From positions 11,718,001-11,782,000 of the forward strand of contig NC_092680.1 in assembly GCF_964355755.1 (NCBI RefSeq): a stretch of 64,000 nucleotides of DNA, given 5' to 3'. This stretch comes from Antedon mediterranea (Eukaryota > Animalia > Echinodermata). The notes under the pieces were generated by a model, which saw only the letters and a list, made by a program, of their open reading frames with translations, had not been told where the DNA came from and made no database searches. This document shows, piece after piece, positions 28,551-41,059 of this stretch. Every line of letters begins with the position of its first letter. Position 1 is the first letter of the stretch. The position numbers and the translations under genes were made by a program.

Positions 28551-31500
28551 GTTTTTATGTTAACAAGTTTTTTCGAAAATCACAAAATGGTCTAAAACGT
28601 CTTCAAATGCGATTTGAAGCTATTCTGTACACTTTGATGTTTTGTGTGAAAAAGTTTTGTCGAAATTCTCAAAATGGTCTAAAACGTTTTTAAATACGAT
28701 ATTAAGCTGTTTTGTGCACTTTGATGATTTGTGTGAAAAGTTTTAATGAAATGCTCAAAATGGTCAAAAACGGTTTCTAATGTGATTTTAAGCACTTTTA
28801 TTTTTTTTTGTAACCAAGTTTTTTCAAAAATCACAAAATGGTCTAAAACGTCTCCAAATGCGATTTGAAGCTTTTCTAAGCACTTTGGTGTTTTTATGTT
28901 AACAAGTTTTTTCGAAAATCACAAAATGGTCTAAAACGTCTCCAAATGCGATTTGAAGATATTCTGAGCACTTTGGTGTTTTTATGTTAAAAAGTTTTTT
29001 CGAAAATCACAAAATAGTCTAAAACGTCTCCAAATGCGATTTGAAGCTATTCTGTACACTTTGATGTTTTGTGTGAAAAAGTTTTGTCGAAATGCTCAAA
29101 ATGGTCTAAAACGTTTTTAAAACGATATTAAGCTATTTTGTGCTCTTTGATGATTTGTGTGAAAAGTTTTAACGAAATGCTCAAAATGGTCTAAAACGGT
29201 TTCTAATGTGATTTTAAGCACTTTGATGTTTTTGTGTAACCAAGTTTTTTCGAAAATCACAAAATAGTCTAAAACGTCTCCAAATGCGATTTGAAGCTTT
29301 TCTAAGAACTTTGGTGTTTTTATGTTAACAAGTTTTTTCGAAAATCACAAAATGGTCTAAAACGTCTCCAAATGCGATTTGAGGATATTCTGAGCACTTT
29401 GGTGTTTTTTTGTTAAAAAGTTTTTTCGAAAATCACAAAATGGTCTAAAACGTCTCCAAATGCGATTTGAAGCTATTCTGTACACTTTGATGTTTTGTGT
29501 GAAAAAGTTTTGTCGAAATGCTCAAAATGGTCTAAAACGTTTTTAAATACGATATTAAGCTATTTTGTGATCTTTGATGTTTTTGTGTGAAAAGTTTTAT
29601 CGAAATGCTCAAAATGGTCTAAAACGGTTTCTATTGTGATTTTAAGCACTTTGATGATTTTGTGTAACCAAGTTTCATCGAAATGTACAAAATGGTCTAA
29701 AACGTCTCCAAATGCGATTTGAAGCTATTCTAAGTACTTTTGTGTTTTTATGTTAACAAGTTTTTTCGAAAATCACAAAATGGTCTAAAACGTCTCCAAA
29801 TGCGATTTGAAGCTATTCTGTACACTTTGATGTTTTGTGTGAAAAAGTTTTGTCGAAATGCTCAAAATGGTCTAAAACGTTTTTAAATACGATATTAGGC
29901 TATTTTGTGATCTTTGATGTTTTTGTGTGAAAAGTTTTATCGAAATGCTCAAAATGGTCTAAAACGGTTTCTATTGTGATTTTAAGCACTTTGATGATTT
30001 TGTGTAACCAAGTTTCATCGAAATGTACAAAATGGTCTAAAACGTCTCCAAATGCGATTTGAAGCTATTCTAAGTACTTTTGTGTTTTTATGTTAACAAG
30101 TTTTTTCGAAAATCACAAAATGGTCTAAAACGTCTTCAAATGCGATTTGAAGCTTTTCTGTACACTTTGATGTTTTGTGTGAAAAAGTTTTGTCAAAATG
30201 CTCAAAATTGTCTAAAACGTTTTTAAAACGATATTAAGCTATTTTGTGTTCTTTGATGTTTTTGTGTAACCAAGTTTCATCGAAAATCACAAAATGGTCT
30301 AAAACGTCTCCAAATGCGATTTGAAGCTTTTCTAAGCACTTTGGTGTTTTTATGTTAACAAGTTTTTTCGAAAATCACAAAATGGTCTAAAACGTCTTCA
30401 AATGCGATTTGAAGCTATTCTGTACACTTTGATGTTTTGTGTGAAAAAGTTTTGTCGAAATTCTCAAAATGGTCTAAAACGTTTTTAAATACGATATTAA
30501 GCTGTTTTGTGCACTTTGATGATTTGTGTGAAAAGTTTTAATGAAATGCTCAAAATGGTCAAAAACGGTTTCTAATGTGATTTTAAGCACTTTTATTTTT
30601 TTTTGTAACCAAGTTTTTTCAAAAATCACAAAATGGTCTAAAACGTCTCCAAATGCGATTTGAAGCTTTTCTAAGCACTTTGGTGTTTTTATGTTAACAA
30701 GTTTTTTCGAAAATCACAAAATGGTCTAAAACGTCTCCAAATGCGATTTGAAGATATTCTGAGCACTTTGGTGTTTTTATGTTAAAAAGTTTTTTCGAAA
30801 ATCACAAAATAGTCTAAAACGTCTCCAAATGCGATTTGAAGCTATTCTGTACACTTTGATGTTTTGTGTGAAAAAGTTTTGTCGAAATGCTCAAAATGGT
30901 CTAAAACGTTTTTAAAACGATATTAAGCTATTTTGTGCTCTTTGATGATTTGTGTGAAAAGTTTTAACGAAATGCTCAAAATGGTCTAAAACGGTTTCTA
31001 ATGTGATTTTAAGCACTTTGATGTTTTTGTGTAACCAAGTTTTTTCGAAAATCACAAAATAGTCTAAAACGTCTCCAAATGCGATTTGAAGCTTTTCTAA
31101 GCACTTTGGTGTTTTTATGTTAACAAGTTTTTTCGAAAATCACAAAATGGTCTAAAACGTCTCCAAATGCGATTTGAGGATATTCTGAGCACTTTGGTGT
31201 TTTTTTGTTAAAAAGTTTTTTCGAAAATCACAAAATGGTCTAAAACGTCTCCAAATGCGATTTGAAGCTATTCTGTACACTTTGATGTTTTGTGTGAAAA
31301 AGTTTTGTCGAAATGCTCAAAATGGTCTAAAACGTTTTTAAATACGATATTAAGCTATTTTGTGATCTTTGATGTTTTTGTGTGAAAAGTTTTATCGAAA
31401 TGCTCAAAATGGTCTAAAACGGTTTCTATTGTGATTTTAAGCACTTTGATGATTTTGTGTAACCAAGTTTCATCGAAATGTACAAAATGGTCTAAAACGT

Positions 31501-32190
31501 CTCCAAATGCGATTTGAAGCTATTCTAAGTACTTTTGTGTTTTTATGTTAACAAGTTTTTTCGAAAATCACAAAATGGTCTAAAACGTCTCCAAATGCGA
31601 TTTGAAGCTATTCTGTACACTTTGATGTTTTGTGTGAAAAAGTTTTGTCGAAATGCTCAAAATGGTCTAAAACGTTTTTAAATACGATATTAGGCTATTT
31701 TGTGATCTTTGATGTTTTTGTGTGAAAAGTTTTATCGAAATGCTCAAAATGGTCTAAAACGGTTTCTATTGTGATTTTAAGCACTTTGATGATTTTGTGT
31801 AACCAAGTTTCATCGAAATGTACAAAATGGTCTAAAACGTCTCCAAATGCGATTTGAAGCTATTCTAAGTACTTTTGTGTTTTTATGTTAACAAGTTTTT
31901 TCGAAAATCACAAAATGGTCTAAAACGTCTTCAAATGCGATTTGAAGCTTTTCTGTACACTTTGATGTTTTGTGTGAAAAAGTTTTGTCAAAATGCTCAA
32001 AATTGTCTAAAACGTTTTTAAAACGATATTAAGCTATTTTGTGTTCTTTGATGTTTTTGTGTAACCAAGTTTCATCGAAAATCACAAAATGGTCTAAAAC
32101 GTCTCCAAATGCGATTTGAAGCTTTTCTAAGCACTTTGGTGTTTTTATGTTAACAAGTTTTTTCGAAAATCACAAAATGGTCTAAAACGT
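28551..32190 (+). repeat. Recent tandem duplication of a 21-monomer, 1795-bp satellite block
   Basis: Private markers at constant offset 1795: TTTTAATGAA (28746/30541), ATTAGGC (29898/31693), TGTGTTCTTT (~30245/~32040). Confidence 0.9.
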
Positions 32191-35100
32191 CTCCAAATGC
32201 GATTTGAAGCTCTTCTGTACACTTTGATGTTTTGTGGGAAAAAGTTTTGTCGAAATTCTCAAAATGGTCTAAAACGTTTTTAAATACGATATTAAGCTGT
32301 TTTTTGCACTTTGATGATTTGTGTGAAAAGTTTTAACGAAATGCTCAAAATGGTCAAAAACGGTTTCTAATGTGATTTTAAGCACTTTGATGTTTTTGTG
32401 TAACCAAGTTTTTTCGAAAATCACAAAATGGTCTAAAACGTCTCCAAATGCGATTTGAAGCTATTCTGTACACTTTGATGTTTTGTGTGAAAAAGTTTTG
32501 TCGAAATGCTCAAAATGGTCTAAAACGTTTTTAAAACGATATTAAGCTATTTTGTGCTCTTTGATGTTTTTGTGTAACCAAGTTTCATCGAAATCAACAA
32601 AATGGTCTAATACGTCTCCAAATGCGATTTGAAGCTTTTCCAAGCACTTTGCTGTTTTTATGTTAACAAGTTTTTTCGAAAATCACAAAATGGTCTAAAA
32701 TGTCTTCAAATGCGATTTGAAGCTATTCTGTACACTTTGATGTTTTGTGTGAAAAAGTTTTGTCGAAATGCTCAAAATGGTCTAAAACGTTTTTAAATAC
32801 GATATTAAGCTATTTTGTGATCTTTGATGTTTTTGTGTGAAAAGTTTTATCGAAATGCTCAAAATGGTCTAAAACGGTTTCTAATGCGATTTGAAGCTAT
32901 TCTGTACCCTTTTGAAGTTTTTTGTGAAAAAGTTTTCTCGAAATGCTCAAAATGGTCTAAAAAGTTTTTATATACCATATTAAGCTATTTTGTGCACTTT
33001 GATGTTTTTTGTGAAAAGTTTTATCGAAATGCTCAAAATGGTCTAAAACGGTTTCTATTGTGATTTTAAGCACTTTGATGGTTTTGTGTAACCAAGTTTC
33101 ATCGAAATGTACAAAATGGTCTAAAACGTCTCCAAATGCGATTTGAAGCTATTCTAAGTACTTTTGTGTTTTTATGTTAACAAGTTTTTTCGAAAATCAC
33201 AAAATGGTCTAAAACGTCTTCAAATGCGATTTGAAGCTATTCTGTACACTTTGATGTTTTGTGTTAAAAAGTTTTGTCGAAATGCTCAAAATGGTCTAAA
33301 ACGTTTTTAAATACGATATTAAGCTATTTTGTGATCTTTGATGTTTTTGTGTGAAAAGTTTTATCGAAATGCTCAAAATGGTCTAAAACGGTTTCTATTG
33401 TGATTTTAAGCACTTTGATGATTTTGTGTAACCAAGTTTCATCGAAATGTACAAAATGGTCTAAAACGTCTCCAAATGCGATTTGAAGCTATTCTAAGTA
33501 CTTTGTGTTTTTATGTTAACAAGTTTTTTCGAAAATCACAAAATGGTCTAAAACGTCTCCAAATGCGATTTGAAGCTTTTCTAAGCACTTTGGTGTTTTT
33601 ATGTTAACAAGTTTTTTCGAAAATCACAAAATGGTCTAAATCGTCTCCAAATGCGATTTGAAGCTCTTCTGTACACTTTGATGTTTTGTTTGAAAAAGTT
33701 TTGTCGAAATTCTCAAAATGGTCTAAAACGTTTTTAAATACGATATTAAGCTGTTTTGTGCACTTTGATGATTTGTGTGAAAAGTTTTAACGAAATGCTC
33801 AAAATGGTCTAAAACGGTTTCTAATGTGATTTTAAGCACTTTGATGTTTTTGTGTAACCAAGTTCTTTCGAAAATCACAAAATAGTCTAAAACGTCTCCA
33901 AATGCGATTTGAAGCTTTTCTAAGCACTTTGGTGTTTTTATGTTAACAAGTTTTTTCGAAAATCACAAAATGGTCGAAAACGTCTCAAAATGCGATTTGA
34001 GGATATTCTGAGCACTTTGGTGTTTTTTTGTTAAAAAGTTTTTTCGAAAATCACAAAATGGTCTAAAACGTCTCCAAATGCGATTTGAAGCTATTCTGTA
34101 CACTTTGATGTTTTGTGTGAAAAAGTTTTGTCGAAATGCTCAAAATGGTCTAAAACGTTTTTAAATACGATATTAAGCTATTTTGTGATCTTTGATGTTT
34201 TTGTGTGAAAAGTTTTATCGAAATGCTCAAAATGGTCTAAAACGTTTTTAAAACGATATTAAGCTATTTTGTGCTCTTTGATGTTTTTGTGTAACCAAGT
34301 TTCATCGAAAATCACAAAATGGTCTAAAACGTCGCCAAATGCGATTTGAAGCTATTCTGTACACTTTGATGTTTTGTGTGAAAAAGTTTTGTCGAAATGC
34401 TCAAAATGGTCTAAAACGTTTTTAAAACGATATTAAGCTATTTTGTGCTCTTTGATGTTTTTGTGTAACCAAGTTTCATCGAAAATCACAAAATGGTCTA
34501 AAACGTCTCCAAATGCGATTTGAAGCTTTTCTAAGCACTTTGGTGTTTTTATGTTAACAAGTTTTTTCGAAAATCACAAAATGGTCTAAAACGTCTCCAA
34601 ATGCGATTTGAAGCTCTTCTGTACACTTTGATGTTTTGTTTGAAAAAGTTTTGTCGAAATTTTCAAAATGGTCTAAAACGTTTTTAAATACGATATTAAG
34701 CTGTTTTGTGCACTTTGATGATTTGTGTGAAAAGTTTTAACGAAATGCTCAAAATGGTCTAAAACGGTTTCTAATGTGATTTTAAGCACTTTGATGTTTT
34801 TGTGTAACCAAGTTTTTTCGAAAATCACAAAATAGTCTAAAACGTCTCCAAATGCGATTTGAAGCTTTTCTAAGCACTTTGGTGTTTTTATGTTAACAAG
34901 TTTTTTCGAAAATCACAAAATGGTCTAAAACGTCTCCAAATGCGATTTGAGGATATTCTGAGCACTTTGGTGTTTTTTTGTTAAAAAGTTTTTTCGAAAA
35001 TCACAAAATGGTCTAAAATGTCTCCAAATGCGATTTGAAGCTATTCTGTACACTTTGATGTTTTATGTGAAAAAGTTTTGTCGAAATGCTCAAAATGGTC

Positions 35101-38100
35101 TAAAACGTTTTTAAATACGATATTAAGCTATTTTTTGATCTTTGATGTTTTTGTGTGAAAAGTTTTATCGAAATGCTCAAAATGGTCTAAAACGTTTTTA
35201 AAACGATATTAAGCTATTTTGTGCTCTTTGATGTTTTTGTGTAACCAAGTTTCATCGAAAATCACAAAATGGTCTAAAACGTCGCCAAATGCGATTTGAA
35301 GCTTTTCTAAGCACTTTGGTGTTTTTATGTTAACAAGTTTTTTCGAAAATCACGAAATGGTCTAAAATATCTCCAAATGCGATTTGAAGATATTCTGAGC
35401 ACTTTGGTGTTTTTATGTTAAAAAGTTTTTTCGAAAATCACAAAATGGTCTAAAACGTCTCCAAACGCGATTTGAAGCTCTTCTGTACACTTTGATGTTT
35501 TGTGTGAAAAAGTTTTGTCGAAATTCTCAAAATGGTCTAAAACGTTTTTAAATACGATATTAAGCTGTTTTGTGCACTTTGATGATTTGTGTGAAAAGTT
35601 TTAACGAAATGCTCAAAATGGTCAAAAACGGTTTCTAATGTGATTTTAAGCACTTTGATGTTTTTGTGTAACCAAGTTTTTTCAAAAATCACAAAATGGT
35701 CTAAAACGTCTCCAAATGCGATTTGAAGCTTTTCTAAGCACTTTGGTGTTTTTATGTTAACAAGTTTTTTCGAAAATCACAAAATGGTCTAAAACGTCTC
35801 CAAATGTGATTTGAAGATATTATGAGCACTTTGGTGTTTTTATGTTAAAAAGTTTTTTCGAAAATCACAAAATAGTCTAAAACGTCTCCAAATGCGATTT
35901 GAAGCTATTCTGTACACTTTGATGTTTTGTGTGAAAAAGTTTTGTCGAAATGCTCAAAATGGTCTAAAACGTTTTTAAAACGATATTAAGCTATTTTGTG
36001 CTCTTTGATGTTTTTGTGTAACCAAGTTTCATCGAAAATCACAAAATGGTCTAAAACGTCTCAAAATGCGATTTGAAGCTTTTCTAAGCACTTTGGTGTT
36101 TTTATGTTAACAAGTTTTTTCGAAAATCACGAAATGGTCTAAAATGTCTCCAAATGCGATTTGAAGATATTCTGAGCACTTTGGTGTTTTTATGTTAAAA
36201 AGTTTTTTCGAAAATCACAAAATGGTCTAAAACGTCTCCAAATGCGATTTGAAGCTCTTCTGTACACTTTGATGTTTTGTGTGAAAAAGTTTTGTCGAAA
36301 TGCTCAAAATGGTCTAAAACGTTTTTAAATACGATATTAAGCTGTTTTGTGCACTTTGATGATTTGTGTGAAAAGTTTTAACGAAATGCTCAAAATGGTC
36401 TAAAACGGTTTCTAATGTGATTTTAAGCACTTTGATGTTTTTGTGTAACCAAGTTTTTTCGAAAATCACAAAATAGTCTAAAACGTCTCCAAATGCGATT
36501 TGAAGCTTTTCTAAGCACTTTGGTGTTTTTATGTTAACAAGTTTTTTCGAAAATCACGAAATGGTCTAAAATGTCTCCAAATGCGATTTGAAGATATTCT
36601 GAGCACTTTGGTGTTTTTATGTTAAAAAGTTTTTTCGAAAATCACAAAATGGTCTAAAACGTCTCCAAATGCGATTTGAAGCTCTTCTGTACACTTTGAT
36701 GTTTTGTGTGAAAAAGTTTTGTCGAAATACTCAAAATGGTCTAAAACGTTTTTAAATACGATATTAAGCTATTTTGTGATCTTTGATGTTTTTGTGTGAA
36801 AAGTTTTATCGAAATGCTCAAAATGGTCTAAAACGGTTTCTATTGTGATTTTAAGCACTTTGATGATTTTGTGTAACCAAGTTTCATCGAAATGTACAAA
36901 ATGGTCTAAAACGTCTCCAAATGCGATTTGAAGCTATTCTAAGTACTTTTGTGTTTTTATGTTAACAAGTTTTTTCGAAAATCACAAAATGGTCTAAAAC
37001 GTCTTCAAATGCGATTTGAAGCTATTCTGTACACTTTGATGTTTTGTGTGAAAAAGTTTTGTCAAAATGCTCAAAATGGTCTAAAACGTTTTTAAAACGA
37101 TATTAAGCTATTTTGTGCTCTTTGATGTTTTTGTGTAACCAAGTTTCATCGAAAATCACAAAATGATCTAAAACGTCTCCAAATGCGATTTGAAGCTTTT
37201 CTAAGCACTTTGGTGTTTTTATGTTAACAAGTTTTTTCGAAAATCACAAAATGGTCTAAAACGTCTCCAAATGCGATTTGAAGCTCTTCTGTACACTTTG
37301 ATGTTTTGTTTGAAAAAGTTTTGTCGAAATTCTCAAAATGGTCTAAAACGTTTTTAAATACGATATTAAGCTGTTTTGTGCACTTTGATGATTTGTGTGA
37401 AAAGTTTTAACGAAATGCTCAAAATGGTCTAAAACGGTTTCTAATGTGATTTTAAGCACTTTGATGTTTTTGTGTAACCAAGTTTTATCGAAAATCACAA
37501 AATAGTCTAAGACGTCTCCAAATGCGATTTGAAGCTTTTCTAAGCACTTTGGTGTTTTTATGTTAACAAGTTTTTTCGAAAATCACAAAATGGTCTAAAA
37601 CGTCTCCAAATGCGATTTGAAGCTATTCTAAGTACTTTTGTGTTTTTATGTTAACAAGTTTTTTCGAAAATCACAAAATGGTCTAAAACGTCTTCAAATG
37701 CGATTTGAAGCTATTCTGTACACTTTGATGTTTTGTGTGAAAAAGTTTTGTCAAAATGCTCAAAATGGTCTAAAACGTTTTTAAAACGATATTAAGCTAT
37801 TTTGTGCTCTTTGATGTTTTTGTGTAACCAAGTTTCATCGAAAATCACAAAATGGTCTAAAACGTCTCCAAATGCGATTTGAAGCTTTTCTAAGCACTTT
37901 GGTGTTTTTATGTTAACAAGTTTTTTCGAAAATCACAAAATGGTCTAAATCGTCTCCAAATGCGATTTGAAGCTCTTCTGTACACTTTGATGTTTTGTTT
38001 GAAAAAGTTTTGTCGAAATTCTCAAAATGGTCTAAAACGTTTTTAAATACGATATTAAGCTGTTTTGTGCACTTTGATGATTTGTGTGAAAAGTTTTAAC

Positions 38101-41059
38101 GAAATGCTCAAAATGGTCTAAAACGGTTTCTAATGTGATTTTAAGCACTTTGATGTTTTTGTGTAACCAAGTTTTTTCGAAAATCACAAAATAGTCTAAA
38201 ACGTCTCCAAATGCGATTTGAAGCTTTTCTAAGCACTTTGGTGTTTTTATGTTAACAAGTTTTTTCGAAAATCACAAAATGGTCGAAAACGTCTCAAAAT
38301 GCGATTTGAGGATATTCTGAGCACTTTGGTGTTTTTTTGTTAAAAAGTTTTTTCGAAAATCACAAAATGGTCTAAAACGTCTCCAAATGCGATTTGAAGC
38401 TATTCTGTACACTTTGATGTTTTGTGTGAAAAAGTTTTGTCGAAATGCTCAAAATAGTCTAAAACGTTTTTAAATACGATATTAAGCTATTTTGTGATCT
38501 TTGATGTTTTTGTGTGAAAAGTTTTATCGAAATGCTCAAAATGGTCTAAAACGTTTTTAAAACGATATTAAGCTATTTTGTGCTCTTTGATGTTTTTGTG
38601 TAACCAAGTTTCATCGAAAATCACAAAATGGTCTAAAACGTCGCCAAATGTGATTTGAAGCTATTCTGTACACTTTGATGTTTTGTGTGAAAAAGTTTTG
38701 TCGAAATGCTCAAAATGGTCTAAAACGTTTTTAAAACGATATTAAGCTATTTTGTGCTCTTTGATGTTTTTGTGTAACCAAGTTTCATCGAAATCAACAA
38801 AATGGTCTAATACGTCTCCAAATGCGATTTGAAGCTTTTCCAAGCTTTTTGCTGTTTTTATGTTAAGTTTTTTCGAAAATCACAAAATGGTCTAAAACGT
38901 CTTCAAATGCGATTTGAAGCTATTCTGTACACTTTGATGTTTTGTGTGAAAAAGTTTTGTCGAAATGCTCAAAATGGTCTAAAACGTTTTTAAATACGAT
39001 ATTAAGCTATTTTGTGATCTTTGATGTTTTTGTGTGAAAAGTTTTATCAAAATGCTCAAAATGGTCTGAAACGGTTTCTAATGCGATTTGAAGCTATTCT
39101 GTACACTTTGAAGTTTTGTGTGAAAAAGTTTTCTCGAAATGCTCAAAATGGTCTAAAACGTTTTTATATACCATATTAAGCTATTTTGTGCACTTTGATG
39201 TTTTTTTTGAAAAGTTTTATCGAAATGCTCAAAATGGTCTAAAACGGTTTCTATTGGGATTTTAAGCACTTTGATGATTTTGTGTAACCAAGTTTCATCG
39301 AAAATCACAAAATGGTCTAAAACGTCTCCAAATGCGATTTGAAGCTTTTCTAAGCACTTTTGTGTTTTTATGTTAACAAGTTTTTTCGAAAATCACAAAA
39401 TGGTCTAAAACGTCTTCAAATGCGATTTGAAGCTATTCTGTACACTTTTATGTTTTGTGTGAAAAAGTTTTGTCGAAATTCTCAAAATGGTCTAAAACGT
39501 TTTTAAATACGATATTAAGCTGTTTTGTGCACTTTGATGATTTGTGTGAAAAGTTTTAACGAAATGCTCAAAATGGTCTAAAACGGTTTCTAATGTGATT
39601 TTAAGCACTTTGATGTTTTTGTGTAACCAAGTTTTTTCGAAAATCACAAAATAGTCTAAAACGTCTCCAAATGCGATTTGAAGCTTTTCTAAGCACTTTG
39701 GTGTTTTTATGTTAACAAGTTTTTTCGAAAATCACAAAATGGTCTAAAACGTCTCCAAATGCGATTTGAGGATATTCTGAGCACTTTGGTGTTTTTTTGT
39801 TAAAAAGTTTTTTCGAAAATCACAAAATGGTCTAAAACGTCTCCAAATGCGATTTGAAGCTATTCTGTACACTTTGATGTTTTGTGTGAAAAAGTTTTGT
39901 CGAAATGCTCAAAATGGTCTAAAACGTTTTTAAATACGATATTAAGCTATTTTGTGATCTTTGATGTTTTTGTGTGAAAAGTTTTATCGAAATGCTCAAA
40001 ATGGTCTAAAACGTTTTTAAAACGATATTAAGCTATTTTGTGCTCTTTGATGTTTTTGTGTAACCAAGTTTCATCGAAAATCACAAAATGGTCTAAAACG
40101 TCGCCAAATGCGATTTGAAGCTTTTCTAAGCACTTTGGTGTTTTTATGTTAACAAGTTTTTTCGAAAATCACGAAATGGTCTAAAATATCTCCAAATGCG
40201 ATTTGAAGATATTCTGAGCACTTTGGTGTTTTTATGTTAAAAAGTTTTTTCGAAAATCACAAAATGGTCTAAAACGTCTCCAAACGCGATTTGAAGCTCT
40301 TCTGTACACTTTGATGTTTTGTGTGAAAAAGTTTTGTCGAAATTCTCAAAATGGTCTAAAACGTTTTTAAATACGATATTAAGCTGTTTTGTGCACTTTG
40401 ATGATTTGTGTGAAAAGTTTTAACGAAATGCTCAAAATGGTCAAAAACGGTTTCTAATGTGATTTTAAGCACTTTGGTGTTTTTGTGTAACCAAGTTTTT
40501 TCAAAAATCACAAAATGGTCTAAAACGTCTCCAAATGCGATTTGAAGCTTTTCTAAGCACTTTGGTGTTTTTATGTTAACAAGTTTTTTCGAAAATCACA
40601 AAATGGTCTAAAACGTCTCCAAATGCGATTTGAAGATATTCTGAGCACTTTGGTGTTTTTATGTTAAAAAGTTTTTTCGAAAATCACAAAATAGTCTAAA
40701 ACGTCTCCAAATGCGATTTGAAGCTATTCTGTACACTTTGATGTTTTGTGTGAAAAAGTTTTGTCGAAATGCTCAAAATGGTCTAAAACGTTTTTAAAAC
40801 GATATTATTAAGCTATTTTGTGCTCTTTGATGTTTTTGTGTAACCAAGTTTCATCGAAAATCACAAAATGGTCTAAAACGTCTCAAAATGCGATTTGAAG
40901 CTTTTCTAAGCACTTTGGTGTTTTTATCTTAACAAGTTTTTTCGAAAATCACGAAATGGTCTAAAATGTCTCCAAATGCGATTTGAAGATATTCTGAGCA
41001 CTTTGGTGTTTTTATGTTAAAAAGTTTTTTCGAAAATCACAAAATGGTCTAAAACGTCT

